Source: a virus. From it: DNA of 64,000 bases. A program made the translations under genes and the position numbers. Location: positions 64,001 through 128,000 of the IMG/VR virus record IMGVR_UViG_3300025122_000005; one strand, given 5' to 3'. Positions 36,882-46,974 of the stretch are shown here, piece after piece; the first letter of the stretch is position 1, and the number at the start of each line of letters is the position of its first letter. A model generated the notes under the pieces. It ran no database searches. It was not told the DNA's origin and worked only from the letters and a program-made list of their open reading frames with translations.

Positions 36882-37224
36882 ACCAAAATATGTCCCAAAA
36901 GGATGGGGGCACGAGCTTTGGATAGTAAATAAAGAAGAATATTGTGGGAAACTGTTGTTTATAAAGAAAGACAAGAAATGTTCGTGGCACTTTCACAGGT
37001 TGAAGGACGAAGTGTTTTATTTGCAATCTGGAAAGTTGTTGGTAAGATATTCAGACAAGGGAGATATTAACGAGTGTAAAACGTTGATTATGAATCCGGG
37101 AGACTCTTTTCATGTTTACAGGCTTCTGAAACATCAAATGGAGGCTCTGGAGGACTCGGAGTTGTTTGAGTTCTCTACACAACATTTTGATAGCGATTCA
37201 CATAGGATTATAAAAGGTGATTAA
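36859..37224 (+). CDS. Cupin, sugar-phosphate isomerase-like
   Basis: VPKGWGHELW, CSWHFH..KDEVFY..SG, HQMEA, EFST. Confidence 0.8.
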   Translation: MTDSSKYKPKYVPKGWGHELWIVNKEEYCGKLLFIKKDKKCSWHFHRLKDEVFYLQSGKLLVRYSDKGDINECKTLIMNPGDSFHVYRLLKHQMEALEDSELFEFSTQHFDSDSHRIIKGD

Positions 37225-38853
37225 ATGAAAGTAGCGAGTGCTTGGTCGGGACACGACTGTTCGTTTTGCATATTGGACAATGGCCATCCAGTTGTCCATG
37301 CAGAATATGAAAGATATATAAGAGAAAAGGAGCCAGCCGGTGATGGAGTTCAATTTATGTTCGATGAATACAAAGCTCATCGAGATATTAAATATTTTGC
37401 GACCAATTATTCTTTTTCTAAGTTAGAGAATCATCCAGAGTCTCTTAGCAAACTTAAAGGAATATTAAAGCAAAATGGAGGAGAGATATATGTCGTAGGG
37501 CACCACCAAGCTCATGCAGCAAACGCATTCTTTTCTAGCAACCATGATAAAGCCTTGATTTTTACAATGGATGGTGGCGGCTTTGAAACAGAAGACGGAT
37601 TTATCACGGCTTTTACAGTCTGGGAAGGAAAAGATAACAAGATAAAGCCTGTGCATGTTTTCCCAATCCGAGATGTTAACATCGGTGGTGTTTGGACCCG
37701 CGTGACACGTTATGTCTTCGGACTGCAGTCGGGCTGGCCAAGAGGGCATCAAGCCGGAACGGTGATGGCGATGGCTTGCATGGGAGATAGTAAAAAATAT
37801 TTTAAAGACTTTGACAAGATGTTGAGATCAGACTCAGCCGCCGCCTGCTTTAAACCCCACACCCAACCAAGAGGTGCCAATGTTGGAACGGACCCCAAGC
37901 ACCCATATCTTTGGAAGTGGACCGAAATAGCACAAAGAGGCGAGCAAGAACAATTTGACCTAGCTGCAGGTCTTCAATCGGCTACAGAGGTGTACATGAG
38001 GGAAATAATAAAGATGTTTGTCGATAATCATCCGAATATTGAAAATCTGTGCTTTGCAGGCGGTGTTTCGTTAAACTCGGTAGTAATGGGCAAAATGTTA
38101 GACTGGTTTCCAGGCAAGAACATATATGTAACACCAACCCCTCATGATGGCGGTTTAACTCTGGGTGCAGCACAGCTTGTGTGGCACCACACTCTTGAGA
38201 ACCCAAGAATCTTATGGAAGGATAACTTCACACCTTATTTGGGATGCGACCATTCAGATCTTGTTGAGAAGACTATCAACAACAGAAAAGAGGAAATAGA
38301 GTCTGTAAAAGTAACAGACGAAGAGGTCATAAGCCTTTTGGATCAGCAAAAGATTGTTGCCGTCTTTGGCGGCGGTTCGGAATCAGGACGCCGCGCCTTG
38401 GGGAATCGTAGTATTCTGGCGGATCCTAGAAGCAAGGATATGAAAGAGATTATTAATGAAAAGGTGAAGCATCGTCAATGGTTCCGACCATTTGCGCCCT
38501 CCATCTTGAGGGAAGAGGTTAGCAATTGGTTCGAAAAAGACAAGGACAGTCCATATATGAGCTTTGTGCTTCAGTTTAAAGAAGAAAAGCAAAAAGAGGT
38601 TCCAGCAGTTGTTCATTTTAATGGATCTGCGAGACTTCAGACTGTCACTGAGAACGATAACGAGTGGTATTATAACTTTATAAAAAAATGGCACGCTAAG
38701 AGCGGTGTCCCAATTCTACTTAATACGAGTTTTAACGATAGAGAACCGATCTGTGAAACCCCGGAACATGCAATAAACTGCTTTCTAGGGACAGAGATAG
38801 ATTATCTCTATTTTTATGAGCAAGGTCTCTTGGTTAAAAGGAGAAATAAATGA
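37225..38853 (+). CDS. NodU/CmcH-family carbamoyltransferase
   Basis: GHD, EYER, HHQAHAA, GGVSLN, DGGLTLG, GRRALGNRSILADPR, RPFAPS, LLNTSFN. Confidence 0.92.
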   Translation: MKVASAWSGHDCSFCILDNGHPVVHAEYERYIREKEPAGDGVQFMFDEYKAHRDIKYFATNYSFSKLENHPESLSKLKGILKQNGGEIYVVGHHQAHAANAFFSSNHDKALIFTMDGGGFETEDGFITAFTVWEGKDNKIKPVHVFPIRDVNIGGVWTRVTRYVFGLQSGWPRGHQAGTVMAMACMGDSKKYFKDFDKMLRSDSAAACFKPHTQPRGANVGTDPKHPYLWKWTEIAQRGEQEQFDLAAGLQSATEVYMREIIKMFVDNHPNIENLCFAGGVSLNSVVMGKMLDWFPGKNIYVTPTPHDGGLTLGAAQLVWHHTLENPRILWKDNFTPYLGCDHSDLVEKTINNRKEEIESVKVTDEEVISLLDQQKIVAVFGGGSESGRRALGNRSILADPRSKDMKEIINEKVKHRQWFRPFAPSILREEVSNWFEKDKDSPYMSFVLQFKEEKQKEVPAVVHFNGSARLQTVTENDNEWYYNFIKKWHAKSGVPILLNTSFNDREPICETPEHAINCFLGTEIDYLYFYEQGLLVKRRNK

Positions 38854-39797
38854 AAATTCTAGTAACTGGTGTCCTTGGCGTGATAGGGAGCAAGTTAGAA
38901 GAAATCTTGAAGATAAGGGGTCATCAAGTATTCGGTGTTGACCTTTATCACACAGATCGAACTTATGGTCACGGAATGGGCAAAGTAAAAGATGACGATT
39001 ATTTCCGCTGTGACATCGGAGAATTCCGACAGATAGAGCAAGTAATCGAATATGTAAAACCAGATCTGGTGTATAACTGCGCGGCAGAGTTTGGACGATG
39101 GAATGGCGAAAACTTTTATGAAAAGGTTTGGAAGTCCAATGTTATCGGAATGAAGCACATTGTTAGACTCCAAGAAAAGCACGGGTTTAAACTGGTTCAT
39201 TGTTCTTCTTCAGAGGTCTACGGTGATTACGAAGGCATCATGTACGAAGACGTTCTAAATCAAACTCCAATTATTCAAATGAATGATTATGCGATGAGTA
39301 AAAGAGTGAACGAGATGCAGGTTCACAACTCTCGTTCCCAATTCGGCACAGAAACAGTGTTGGTAAGGTTCTTCAACACTTATGGTCCCGGGGAATGGTA
39401 TCATCCATTCAGAAGTGTTAACTGTCTTTTTACATATAATCTTTTGCATGGAAAGCCGATTACCGTGTTTAAGGGTCACTCTAGAACCAGCACCTACATA
39501 TATGATAGTGTTCGGACCTTAGCGAATATTGCTGATAATTTTATAGATGGCCAAACTTATAATATTGCTTCAGATCAGGAGCACACCATTGAGTTGTTGG
39601 CACAGACTTTGGTGAAGTACACAAAAGCAGACCCTTCTTTGGTTGATTATCGAGAACATAATGAAATTTTGACAACAAAGCACAAGCACGTTGACGCATC
39701 AAAGTCTGTCAGAGACCTGGACCACAAAAACACTGTCACTCTTGAAGAGGGGGTGTGGGAGACGGTTCAATGGATGAAAGAGCATTATAGATTATGA
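38850..39797 (+). CDS. NAD-dependent nucleotide-sugar epimerase/dehydratase
   Basis: TGVLGVIG, SSSEVYG, YAMSK, RFFNTYGPGE. Confidence 0.9.
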   Translation: MKILVTGVLGVIGSKLEEILKIRGHQVFGVDLYHTDRTYGHGMGKVKDDDYFRCDIGEFRQIEQVIEYVKPDLVYNCAAEFGRWNGENFYEKVWKSNVIGMKHIVRLQEKHGFKLVHCSSSEVYGDYEGIMYEDVLNQTPIIQMNDYAMSKRVNEMQVHNSRSQFGTETVLVRFFNTYGPGEWYHPFRSVNCLFTYNLLHGKPITVFKGHSRTSTYIYDSVRTLANIADNFIDGQTYNIASDQEHTIELLAQTLVKYTKADPSLVDYREHNEILTTKHKHVDASKSVRDLDHKNTVTLEEGVWETVQWMKEHYRL

Positions 39798-40351
39798 TCT
39801 GGAATGAGATTGTTTGCTTAGGCGATTCGATAACTTACGGAGCCAGAGATGAATATGCTCGTTCTCCAACTATTGAACTGTCGAAAATAATGAAAGAGAA
39901 GACGGGAGAGGTTTACATTTGCCACAATTATGGAATAAGTGGAGAGACAAGCGTTGATTTACTCAAGAGGACCTGGAGAGCCTGCTCTTCACACAAGGTT
40001 GCAAATATTGCATTTATTATGATCGGCACGAATGACACTCAGAAGGCAATACCTCCGGAAATTTATGAAGACAACTTGCGTCAAATAATTGACATATGTA
40101 AAATACACGGCATGCATATTATAATATCAACTCTCCCAAGACTTGGGATGACTCCGCTCTATTATAAAAATTCTTACTTGACTAAATCATACAATGATGT
40201 TATAATGAGCCTATCTACTGAACTTAATCTCGACGTTTGTGACATGTCCGGCATTGAGGAGCATTATGTAGACGGCGTCCACTTCACAAATGCTGGGCAC
40301 AAGGAAATAGCAAATAGATGGGCAAACAAAATCCTGACATCTCAAACCTAA
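39794..40351 (+). CDS. SGNH/GDSL hydrolase (esterase or acyltransferase)
   Basis: LGDSIT, GISGET, IGTND, DGVHF. Confidence 0.9.
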   Translation: MIWNEIVCLGDSITYGARDEYARSPTIELSKIMKEKTGEVYICHNYGISGETSVDLLKRTWRACSSHKVANIAFIMIGTNDTQKAIPPEIYEDNLRQIIDICKIHGMHIIISTLPRLGMTPLYYKNSYLTKSYNDVIMSLSTELNLDVCDMSGIEEHYVDGVHFTNAGHKEIANRWANKILTSQT

Positions 40352-41274
40352 AGACGCTCGTAATAGGGTGCACTCCTCTAGCAAGAAAAGTTATTAATTG
40401 TTTAAAAGAAATTTCTGACATAGTTGGGATAATTGGATTAAATGATACCGAGGGTCGCAAGAAATCAAATTATGATAGTTTGGGAGACTTCGAAAACACT
40501 TTTGATATGCTTTGGACTGGGGATATAAACGCAACAGGAGACTGGATAAAAGAAAGAAACCCAGATGTGGTGATTCAATGCGGATGGTCACAAATATTCA
40601 AACCTCATATATTAAAAATCCCAAAAAAATATTGTTTAGGAATCCATCCGTCTCCACTACCAGAAGGCAGAGGTGCTGCAGTCATTAACTGGAAAATAAT
40701 TGAAAGTGATGGAAAACCGGTTGAGTGGGGGAATAGTCTTTTTGTGATGGAGCCCAAAACGGATACCGGAGCCGTGCTGGATTTTGAACCATTTACGATA
40801 GAAGTGCGAGATGATGCTAGAACAGCATATCAAAAAGTTGATCTGACAGCTTTAAAAATGATTCGTAGAACAATACCTATGATTGCGGCAGGCGAAGAAG
40901 AATTAAAACACCAAGATGATTCTAGAGTTACAAGATACTATAAAAGAACGCCAAAAGATGGTAAGATAAGTTTATCTTGGTCTGCTATAAAAATTAGAGA
41001 TTATGTGAGAGCATTGGCTTCTCCATATCCTGGTGCATATATTGAAACAAGGTGGGGAAAAATAATTTTATGGAATGTTTCTATAGATTCTTGCAAAATT
41101 CACGGACCTCCTGGTTTGATATATCGGGTAGTAAAAGGAAGGGGACTCCTGGTCAAGGTTGCTGGATTTTTATGTGTATGGATGGAACGAATAACAGTAA
41201 ACGGTGCCGAACGCTGGGCTGACGAATGGGCTATAGAGTCAGGCATAAAAGAAGGAGAAGCCTTAATTGATTAA
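40318..41274 (+). CDS. Formyltransferase (Fmt-like, probably sugar N-formyltransferase)
   Basis: GIHPSPLPEGRG, DTG, C-terminal VRALASPYPGA. Confidence 0.85.
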   Translation: MGKQNPDISNLKTLVIGCTPLARKVINCLKEISDIVGIIGLNDTEGRKKSNYDSLGDFENTFDMLWTGDINATGDWIKERNPDVVIQCGWSQIFKPHILKIPKKYCLGIHPSPLPEGRGAAVINWKIIESDGKPVEWGNSLFVMEPKTDTGAVLDFEPFTIEVRDDARTAYQKVDLTALKMIRRTIPMIAAGEEELKHQDDSRVTRYYKRTPKDGKISLSWSAIKIRDYVRALASPYPGAYIETRWGKIILWNVSIDSCKIHGPPGLIYRVVKGRGLLVKVAGFLCVWMERITVNGAERWADEWAIESGIKEGEALID

Positions 41275-42355
41275 AAATATTGTACATGTTGTGGGTGCAA
41301 GACCAAATTTTATTAAAGCCGCACCAGTAATTCATAATATAAAGGAAAAGGTGCCAGAGGTTAGACAAATCCTTATTCACACTGGTCAGCATTATGACAA
41401 AAATTTATCAGATGTGTTTTTTAGCGCATTGCGGATGCCAAAGCCGGACATCAATCTTAAGGTCGGTTCTTCAAAAATGCACGGGAAACAAGTCGCGGAT
41501 GTAATAGTTGGCATTGAAAAGTATTTGGTGAATAAAAAAGTAGACCTTTTAGTGGTGTACGGCGATGTCAATTCGACTCTCGGAGCAACTTTGGCAGCGG
41601 TGAAAATGGGTATTAAAGTCGCACATGTTGAATCTGGCTTGCGCAGCCGCGACAGATCAATGCCGGAAGAAATAAATAGAATGATCGTGGACAGAATATC
41701 AGATTATCACTTTGTTACGGAAAGGGACGCAGTTCACAACCTTCTCAGCGAAGGTATAAATCGTCATTCAATATTCTTTGTAGGAAACACTATGATTGAT
41801 TCTTTATACGGTGTTCTTGGTAAACTACCGGAATCTTCTGAAAAGGAAGATTATATCCTAGCAACACTTCACAGACCATCAAATGTTGATAATGAACCCG
41901 GACTTCGAAAAATATTAGATATATGTAAATCAGTTGGCAAGAAGGTGATATTTCCGATGCATCCGCGAACGAAGAACAATTTTGGAAAATTTGGATTGTT
42001 GGAAGAGGCACTAAAGGTTCCAAATCTTGAAATCATAGACCCTGTTGGGTATTTCGAATTTGTGTCTTTGATGAAAAACAGTTTTGCAGTATTGACAGAT
42101 TCCGGCGGCGTACAAGAAGAGACAACTGCGTTGTCTGTCCCGTGCCTAACTTTAAGAAATAATACCGAGAGACCTTCAACAATTGAGGAAGGAACAAACC
42201 AATTGGTAGACTCTGTAGAAGAAGTCACTTCAGCGGTTTTAGGTATCGAAAAGGAAGAGAATAAGGAACGTTCCAAGCCAGAGAAGTGGGACGGCCAATC
42301 AGGAAAGAGAATATCTCAAGTTATAAAACAAATATTTGAAAGAAAGGAGAATTAG
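41267..42355 (+). CDS. wecB: UDP-GlcNAc 2-epimerase (non-hydrolysing)
   Basis: GARPNFIK, HTGQHY, GDVNST, HVESGLRS, TDSGGVQEE. Confidence 0.92.
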   Translation: MIKNIVHVVGARPNFIKAAPVIHNIKEKVPEVRQILIHTGQHYDKNLSDVFFSALRMPKPDINLKVGSSKMHGKQVADVIVGIEKYLVNKKVDLLVVYGDVNSTLGATLAAVKMGIKVAHVESGLRSRDRSMPEEINRMIVDRISDYHFVTERDAVHNLLSEGINRHSIFFVGNTMIDSLYGVLGKLPESSEKEDYILATLHRPSNVDNEPGLRKILDICKSVGKKVIFPMHPRTKNNFGKFGLLEEALKVPNLEIIDPVGYFEFVSLMKNSFAVLTDSGGVQEETTALSVPCLTLRNNTERPSTIEEGTNQLVDSVEEVTSAVLGIEKEENKERSKPEKWDGQSGKRISQVIKQIFERKEN

Positions 42356-42357
42356 TT

Positions 42358-43077
42358 ATGGCTTATTGGGGGTACTACGATTTTATAGTAGACTATATCA
42401 AAGGCAAAGAGGAATCATCAGTGATAGAAATTGGGGTGGACAAGGGTCAAACTTTCATTCCTCTTCTTAGTTTTATGAGCAAACATTGCGAGAAATTTGA
42501 ATTAATAGGAGTAGACGTTTTACGTCGTGATGAACTTGCTGTCCAATGTGAGCAAATGGCGAAAGACCTTACAGAGGCTCAGAATGTAGTCTTTTACGAG
42601 GAATCTAGTTTGGTTGTCCTACCAAAATTTATCGAACATTTGAAAGAAAATGCACCGGAACAACAAGGGTTGTTTGACATAATGTTGATAGATGGTGATC
42701 ATAACTACTATACAGTAAAAAAGGAGATGGAATGCGTTCCAGATCTTCTCAAACCTGGCGGGTTTGTCGTTTTTGATGATTACTCAAATAAGTGGGGAAC
42801 TGAGGACGAGTACTTCGCAGATTTTAAAGAATATGAAAACAATGAATTTGTTACCCAAAGAGAAGGAACTGAACACTCAGATAAAAAAGGCACCAAACCT
42901 GCCATTGACGAATTTTTAGAGAATAACCCGGAATGGGTATCGACCGACGCTGTTTGTCCTGGCAGAGAGCCAATTCTCATATATAGATCCGGCGAATTAA
43001 ACTTTTATAACCCGACCACTGGCGAAGCCATCGACATAAACGAAATAGAAGCTGAGAATCCCGAGGAGGAAGGCTGA
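42358..43077 (+). CDS. Class I SAM-dependent methyltransferase (Methyltransf_24-like)
   Basis: IEIGVDKG, IDGDHNY, GFVVFDDY. Confidence 0.85.
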   Translation: MAYWGYYDFIVDYIKGKEESSVIEIGVDKGQTFIPLLSFMSKHCEKFELIGVDVLRRDELAVQCEQMAKDLTEAQNVVFYEESSLVVLPKFIEHLKENAPEQQGLFDIMLIDGDHNYYTVKKEMECVPDLLKPGGFVVFDDYSNKWGTEDEYFADFKEYENNEFVTQREGTEHSDKKGTKPAIDEFLENNPEWVSTDAVCPGREPILIYRSGELNFYNPTTGEAIDINEIEAENPEEEG

Positions 43078-43078
43078 T

Positions 43079-44020
43079 ATGTCGGAAACAATGCCAAAAG
43101 TAACCTTTGCATTTATTAATTGTAATAGGTTACATTATTTGAGGAGTTGCTTGGAATCGTTCTTGCAGTGCACCGAAGATTACACAAATAAGGAAATTAT
43201 AGTTGTTGACAATGCATCTACAGAAGACGGCACAGATGAATATTTAGAAGACTTGAGGGAGAGGGGGTTTCGAGTTTTTAGACAGAAGCAAAGAGACCCA
43301 TCAAACGAGTATGCAAAGGCACTAAATATTGTATCTGAAAATGCAACTGGCAAATATATTGCCCCTATTCCGGCAGATTTTCAATTTATCATCAAGGGTG
43401 GTTGGTTAAAAGAATATGTTGATTTTTTTGAAAACTACGAAGACACTACTGGGTGTATCTCTTTCGACGCTCAGAGAAGGGTTAGGAACGCGTCAGGTAC
43501 ATACTCAAATGCCCTGGGTAGTAGTGATTTTAAATTCCTGTATCACTATAATCGAAATCCCGTAATGGGCGCAATGAATTGTATGGTCACAAAGAAGTTG
43601 TTAGATTTGATTTATCCTTGGGATGTAGACAATTTGTCTCACGAGGGTGGTGAAGATTCCGAGACAAAGATGTTGAAAAAAGCAGAAAGATTATTGAGAG
43701 AAAATTCAATGACTGTCTTTTATAGTGCCCCGATAATCCCTGTTTCGGTTGGCATCTTCAACGAAAAGGGAGAGAACGCAAGAATCAGAGGAATGACTAG
43801 ATACGGTGATTATTGGGCCCCACCCGGTGATGATGAGAAAATAAAGTATTATAAGATCCATGAATATCAAGAATTGTTGGAAAAACACAAGAATAACGAA
43901 ATTCCAGTGTCCATAGAGGATGTTTCCGAGGCCCTGGGTTGGAATTTGCCAATAGACTCTCAAGGCAATTGGATAAAACCAGAAAATCCACAAAACGTTA
44001 ATGGTGTTCCAGTTTGTTGA
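43079..44020 (+). CDS. GT2-family glycosyltransferase
   Basis: IVVDNASTEDGT, AKALN, ADFQF. Confidence 0.8.
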   Translation: MSETMPKVTFAFINCNRLHYLRSCLESFLQCTEDYTNKEIIVVDNASTEDGTDEYLEDLRERGFRVFRQKQRDPSNEYAKALNIVSENATGKYIAPIPADFQFIIKGGWLKEYVDFFENYEDTTGCISFDAQRRVRNASGTYSNALGSSDFKFLYHYNRNPVMGAMNCMVTKKLLDLIYPWDVDNLSHEGGEDSETKMLKKAERLLRENSMTVFYSAPIIPVSVGIFNEKGENARIRGMTRYGDYWAPPGDDEKIKYYKIHEYQELLEKHKNNEIPVSIEDVSEALGWNLPIDSQGNWIKPENPQNVNGVPVC

Positions 44021-44031
44021 TATCCACGCCT

Positions 44032-44937
44032 ATGAAGATTCTGATTAATAGACAAGTAGTGAATGGCCCATGGGGAGGGGGGAATAAATTTGTTAAAGCT
44101 TTTTATGAAATCGGTACAAGCCGGGGTCACAAGATAACGAATACTTTTGAGGATAATATAGATTTAATATTCTTACAAGACCCTCGGCCAAGCGCAAAAG
44201 TTGGAATAGGGATCAATGAAGCGATTCATTATCGTAAATTTTGCAAAAATACAAAACTAGTACAAAGAATTAATGAATGCGATGCTAGAAAGAATACTGA
44301 CTTTATGGATGCTCTTTTATTATCTTGTAGTGAGTGGCTAGACTATACTGTGTTCGTGTCCAATTGGATGCAAAACTATCATTTAACAAAAGGGTGGAAA
44401 TGCAAAAATTACTCAGCCATTTACAACGGTGTAGATCTGGACATATTTCAAAAACGAGAAAAAATTAATAATGGCAAAATTAACATCGTAACTCATCATT
44501 GGTCGGATAATTTTATGAAAGGTTTCGATTTTTACAATGAGATAGACAAGTTTGTAGGTGAAAATGAAAACTTTACTTTCACCTATATTGGTAGAGAGAT
44601 AGGGACCTTTAAGAACACCAAGGTTGTGCCGCCAATTTTCGGAGAAGAGCTAGGAAAAGAACTTGGAAAATATGATTTATATATTAGTGCATCTCGATTC
44701 GACCCTGGACCGAACCATATACTAGAAAGCTTAGCTTGTAAAATACCAACTTATGTGCACGCCGAAGGCGGCGGCTGTATTGAATTTGCAGGAGAGGACA
44801 TGGTCTTTAAAGATATAGAAGAGTTGTTGTCGATAATTACTTCGAAAAAATATAAACAAAATAAGATGCAACCAACAGATTGGGAGTCTTGTCTGAACCA
44901 ATACTTTGATTTATTTGAAAAGGATTTAACTAAATGA
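44032..44937 (+). CDS. GT-B (GT4-like) glycosyltransferase
   Basis: GPWGGGN, IYNGVD, KGF, DPGPNHILESLAC. Confidence 0.8.
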   Translation: MKILINRQVVNGPWGGGNKFVKAFYEIGTSRGHKITNTFEDNIDLIFLQDPRPSAKVGIGINEAIHYRKFCKNTKLVQRINECDARKNTDFMDALLLSCSEWLDYTVFVSNWMQNYHLTKGWKCKNYSAIYNGVDLDIFQKREKINNGKINIVTHHWSDNFMKGFDFYNEIDKFVGENENFTFTYIGREIGTFKNTKVVPPIFGEELGKELGKYDLYISASRFDPGPNHILESLACKIPTYVHAEGGGCIEFAGEDMVFKDIEELLSIITSKKYKQNKMQPTDWESCLNQYFDLFEKDLTK

Positions 44938-45014
44938 ACAAATTTAAGTTTTCTGCACTAATAACAGCCAGTGGCGGTATCGGATCACGCCTCATTTTAC
45001 ACAAAATACATTAA
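44934..45014 (+). pseudogene. 26-aa truncated paralogue of the next gene's N-terminus
   Basis: MNKFKFSALITASGGIGSRLILHKIH* vs MKPKIAALITASGGIGSHLVLHKLQ. Confidence 0.75.
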
Positions 45015-45035
45015 GATTATAGAGGGGACTATAGG

Positions 45036-45953
45036 GTGAAACCAAAGATAGCAGCATTAATAACGGCATCCGGCGGCATAGGGTCTCATCTTGTTTTGCA
45101 CAAATTGCAAGGGCACAAGAATTTAGTTACTCTTACTGAGGGTGCCTTCCGCAGCCAGGGCGGATCAACTAAGGGTGATTTAAAGAGATATTTGTCTCAA
45201 GGTGAGATGCCTTCATTCCGAGACGAACAATTGTTTCCTATAAAGAAAATCAATTCTCAAGAAAGTAAGTGGATTATCCTCAACAAGCCACCACTCAAAA
45301 TGATAAATTACCATAGAACTTTTCATCCGGATATTCCCATATTGTACATTTTCAGAAATCCTGTTTCTTTTTACTATACTTGGATAAAGAAATGGAAAGA
45401 ATATGGAGAAAGAAGATATGGTAAGACAGTTTCGGATGACAGGGTGTTTGAGTGGTTTAAGAATACATTCATGTCTTCGCTATTTGAATTGGCTCAAACG
45501 TTTAGATCGGGAACAGATCATATAATAAGTTTTGAACATTTTTTCAACGATATTGATTTCGAACTAGAAAGAATCTTTAAATGTTTGGATGTCCCTGTTG
45601 TAAAAAATGAGGATTTGAAAGTTCTAGATAAATGCAATGTTTGTGGGACTGAAAAAGTAATAAGAAAAGAAGTACACGTCCGCGGCGAAAGATTCGAAGA
45701 GGTCTTATGTTGCCATCGACATGGCCCGTGTTTGGGCCCAGGAGAATACAATTATATTAGGAAAGAAGACTCTTCCTTTTTGAACAAGTGGAAAGTAAAA
45801 CCTGATCAGGCTGAAGTGTGCAAGAAATTTTCCTCACTGTTTGGCGATGGTTTGATAAAATACTATTTGGAAGAGGGTTATTTGGAAGACAAAGACCGAA
45901 AGATCTTCGATAAGTTAATCCAAGAGTTCCTAGAAGGGTTGAGACGTGAGTGA
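45036..45953 (+). CDS. Divergent sulfotransferase-like protein with Cys/His cluster
   Basis: TASGGIGS loop, IFRNPVSFYYTW (3'-PB-like), ISFEHF; CNVC...CCHRH. Confidence 0.5.
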   Translation: MKPKIAALITASGGIGSHLVLHKLQGHKNLVTLTEGAFRSQGGSTKGDLKRYLSQGEMPSFRDEQLFPIKKINSQESKWIILNKPPLKMINYHRTFHPDIPILYIFRNPVSFYYTWIKKWKEYGERRYGKTVSDDRVFEWFKNTFMSSLFELAQTFRSGTDHIISFEHFFNDIDFELERIFKCLDVPVVKNEDLKVLDKCNVCGTEKVIRKEVHVRGERFEEVLCCHRHGPCLGPGEYNYIRKEDSSFLNKWKVKPDQAEVCKKFSSLFGDGLIKYYLEEGYLEDKDRKIFDKLIQEFLEGLRRE

Positions 45954-46968
45954 GATTGGATTCATTCTCAGGGAGATGACCCATCTTAGGTATTGGATGC
46001 CTCTCGTGCTGGAAGGCAACAACAGGGGGTTGAAATCTGTCTTTTATATTGCATCTTCACAGAAATATAATTGTCCACTTCTCTATATGGATAAAATAAA
46101 AGATTTGGCCAAAAAGCACAACATTGAAATCAGACCATTCGGAGAGGCTAAGAAATGTACAGGAGTTTTATTTTCCAGCGAAAACAGATGGGGGATCGAA
46201 ATTCTAAAAAAAACTCCTAGTACAAAAAAAGTTGTATGCACTTATCAGACAGATTTTGTAGAAAGTTATAACAACTTTTATAAAGAAGTGGCAGACTATA
46301 TTCTTATGCCTAGCGAGTTTTGTGCAAAATATTATAGATGTACTGAAGGGAATAACCTTTATCTCGGTATTCCGAAATATGATGCTTCTTTCACCGAAGA
46401 AGAGGCACTTAAAAACAACAAACTACAAGATACAAACAATGTTCTTTTGGTCTGGCCAAAAAATAGAGATTTGGGCAGAATCAACATGGAGAAACTCTTG
46501 AAATTCTTGCTGAAATCAGGATTCAGAGTTTTGGCTAAAACCAGAGGCAAAGACCCTATTCCAAGAAAACACAAAGAGATGCTAAAGAAAAATGGTGGTC
46601 GCCACCTAGAAGATCGATCATGGTTTCCTCACACTACACAAGAACTTTTAGAAACCTCTAAGCTTGTCATTAATTTTGGATCAACCACTATAGAAGAATG
46701 TGTGATGCACAATGTTCCGCTTATAAACTTTGATATTAAGCCGAGCGTGAGAAACGGAAACAAAAAGAAGTTTAGGGTGACGCATGATTACTTGTACAAT
46801 TATAATTATTGCATTCAGTTGAAAACTGATTTTACCGAAGGACAACTCCAAGCGGCCATTAAATATTTAACATCTGCAGACCTTAAGGAAGAATTCAGGA
46901 AGGCGAGACAGAATCACCTTTTTGATCATAAAGATTCTTGCAAAAGAATACTTGATGTGTTATTATAA
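45946..46968 (+). CDS. GT-B-fold glycan biosynthesis protein
   Basis: GIPKYD, STTIEECVMHNVPLINFD; context. Confidence 0.5.
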   Translation: MSEIGFILREMTHLRYWMPLVLEGNNRGLKSVFYIASSQKYNCPLLYMDKIKDLAKKHNIEIRPFGEAKKCTGVLFSSENRWGIEILKKTPSTKKVVCTYQTDFVESYNNFYKEVADYILMPSEFCAKYYRCTEGNNLYLGIPKYDASFTEEEALKNNKLQDTNNVLLVWPKNRDLGRINMEKLLKFLLKSGFRVLAKTRGKDPIPRKHKEMLKKNGGRHLEDRSWFPHTTQELLETSKLVINFGSTTIEECVMHNVPLINFDIKPSVRNGNKKKFRVTHDYLYNYNYCIQLKTDFTEGQLQAAIKYLTSADLKEEFRKARQNHLFDHKDSCKRILDVLL

Positions 46969-46974
46969 AACGTT

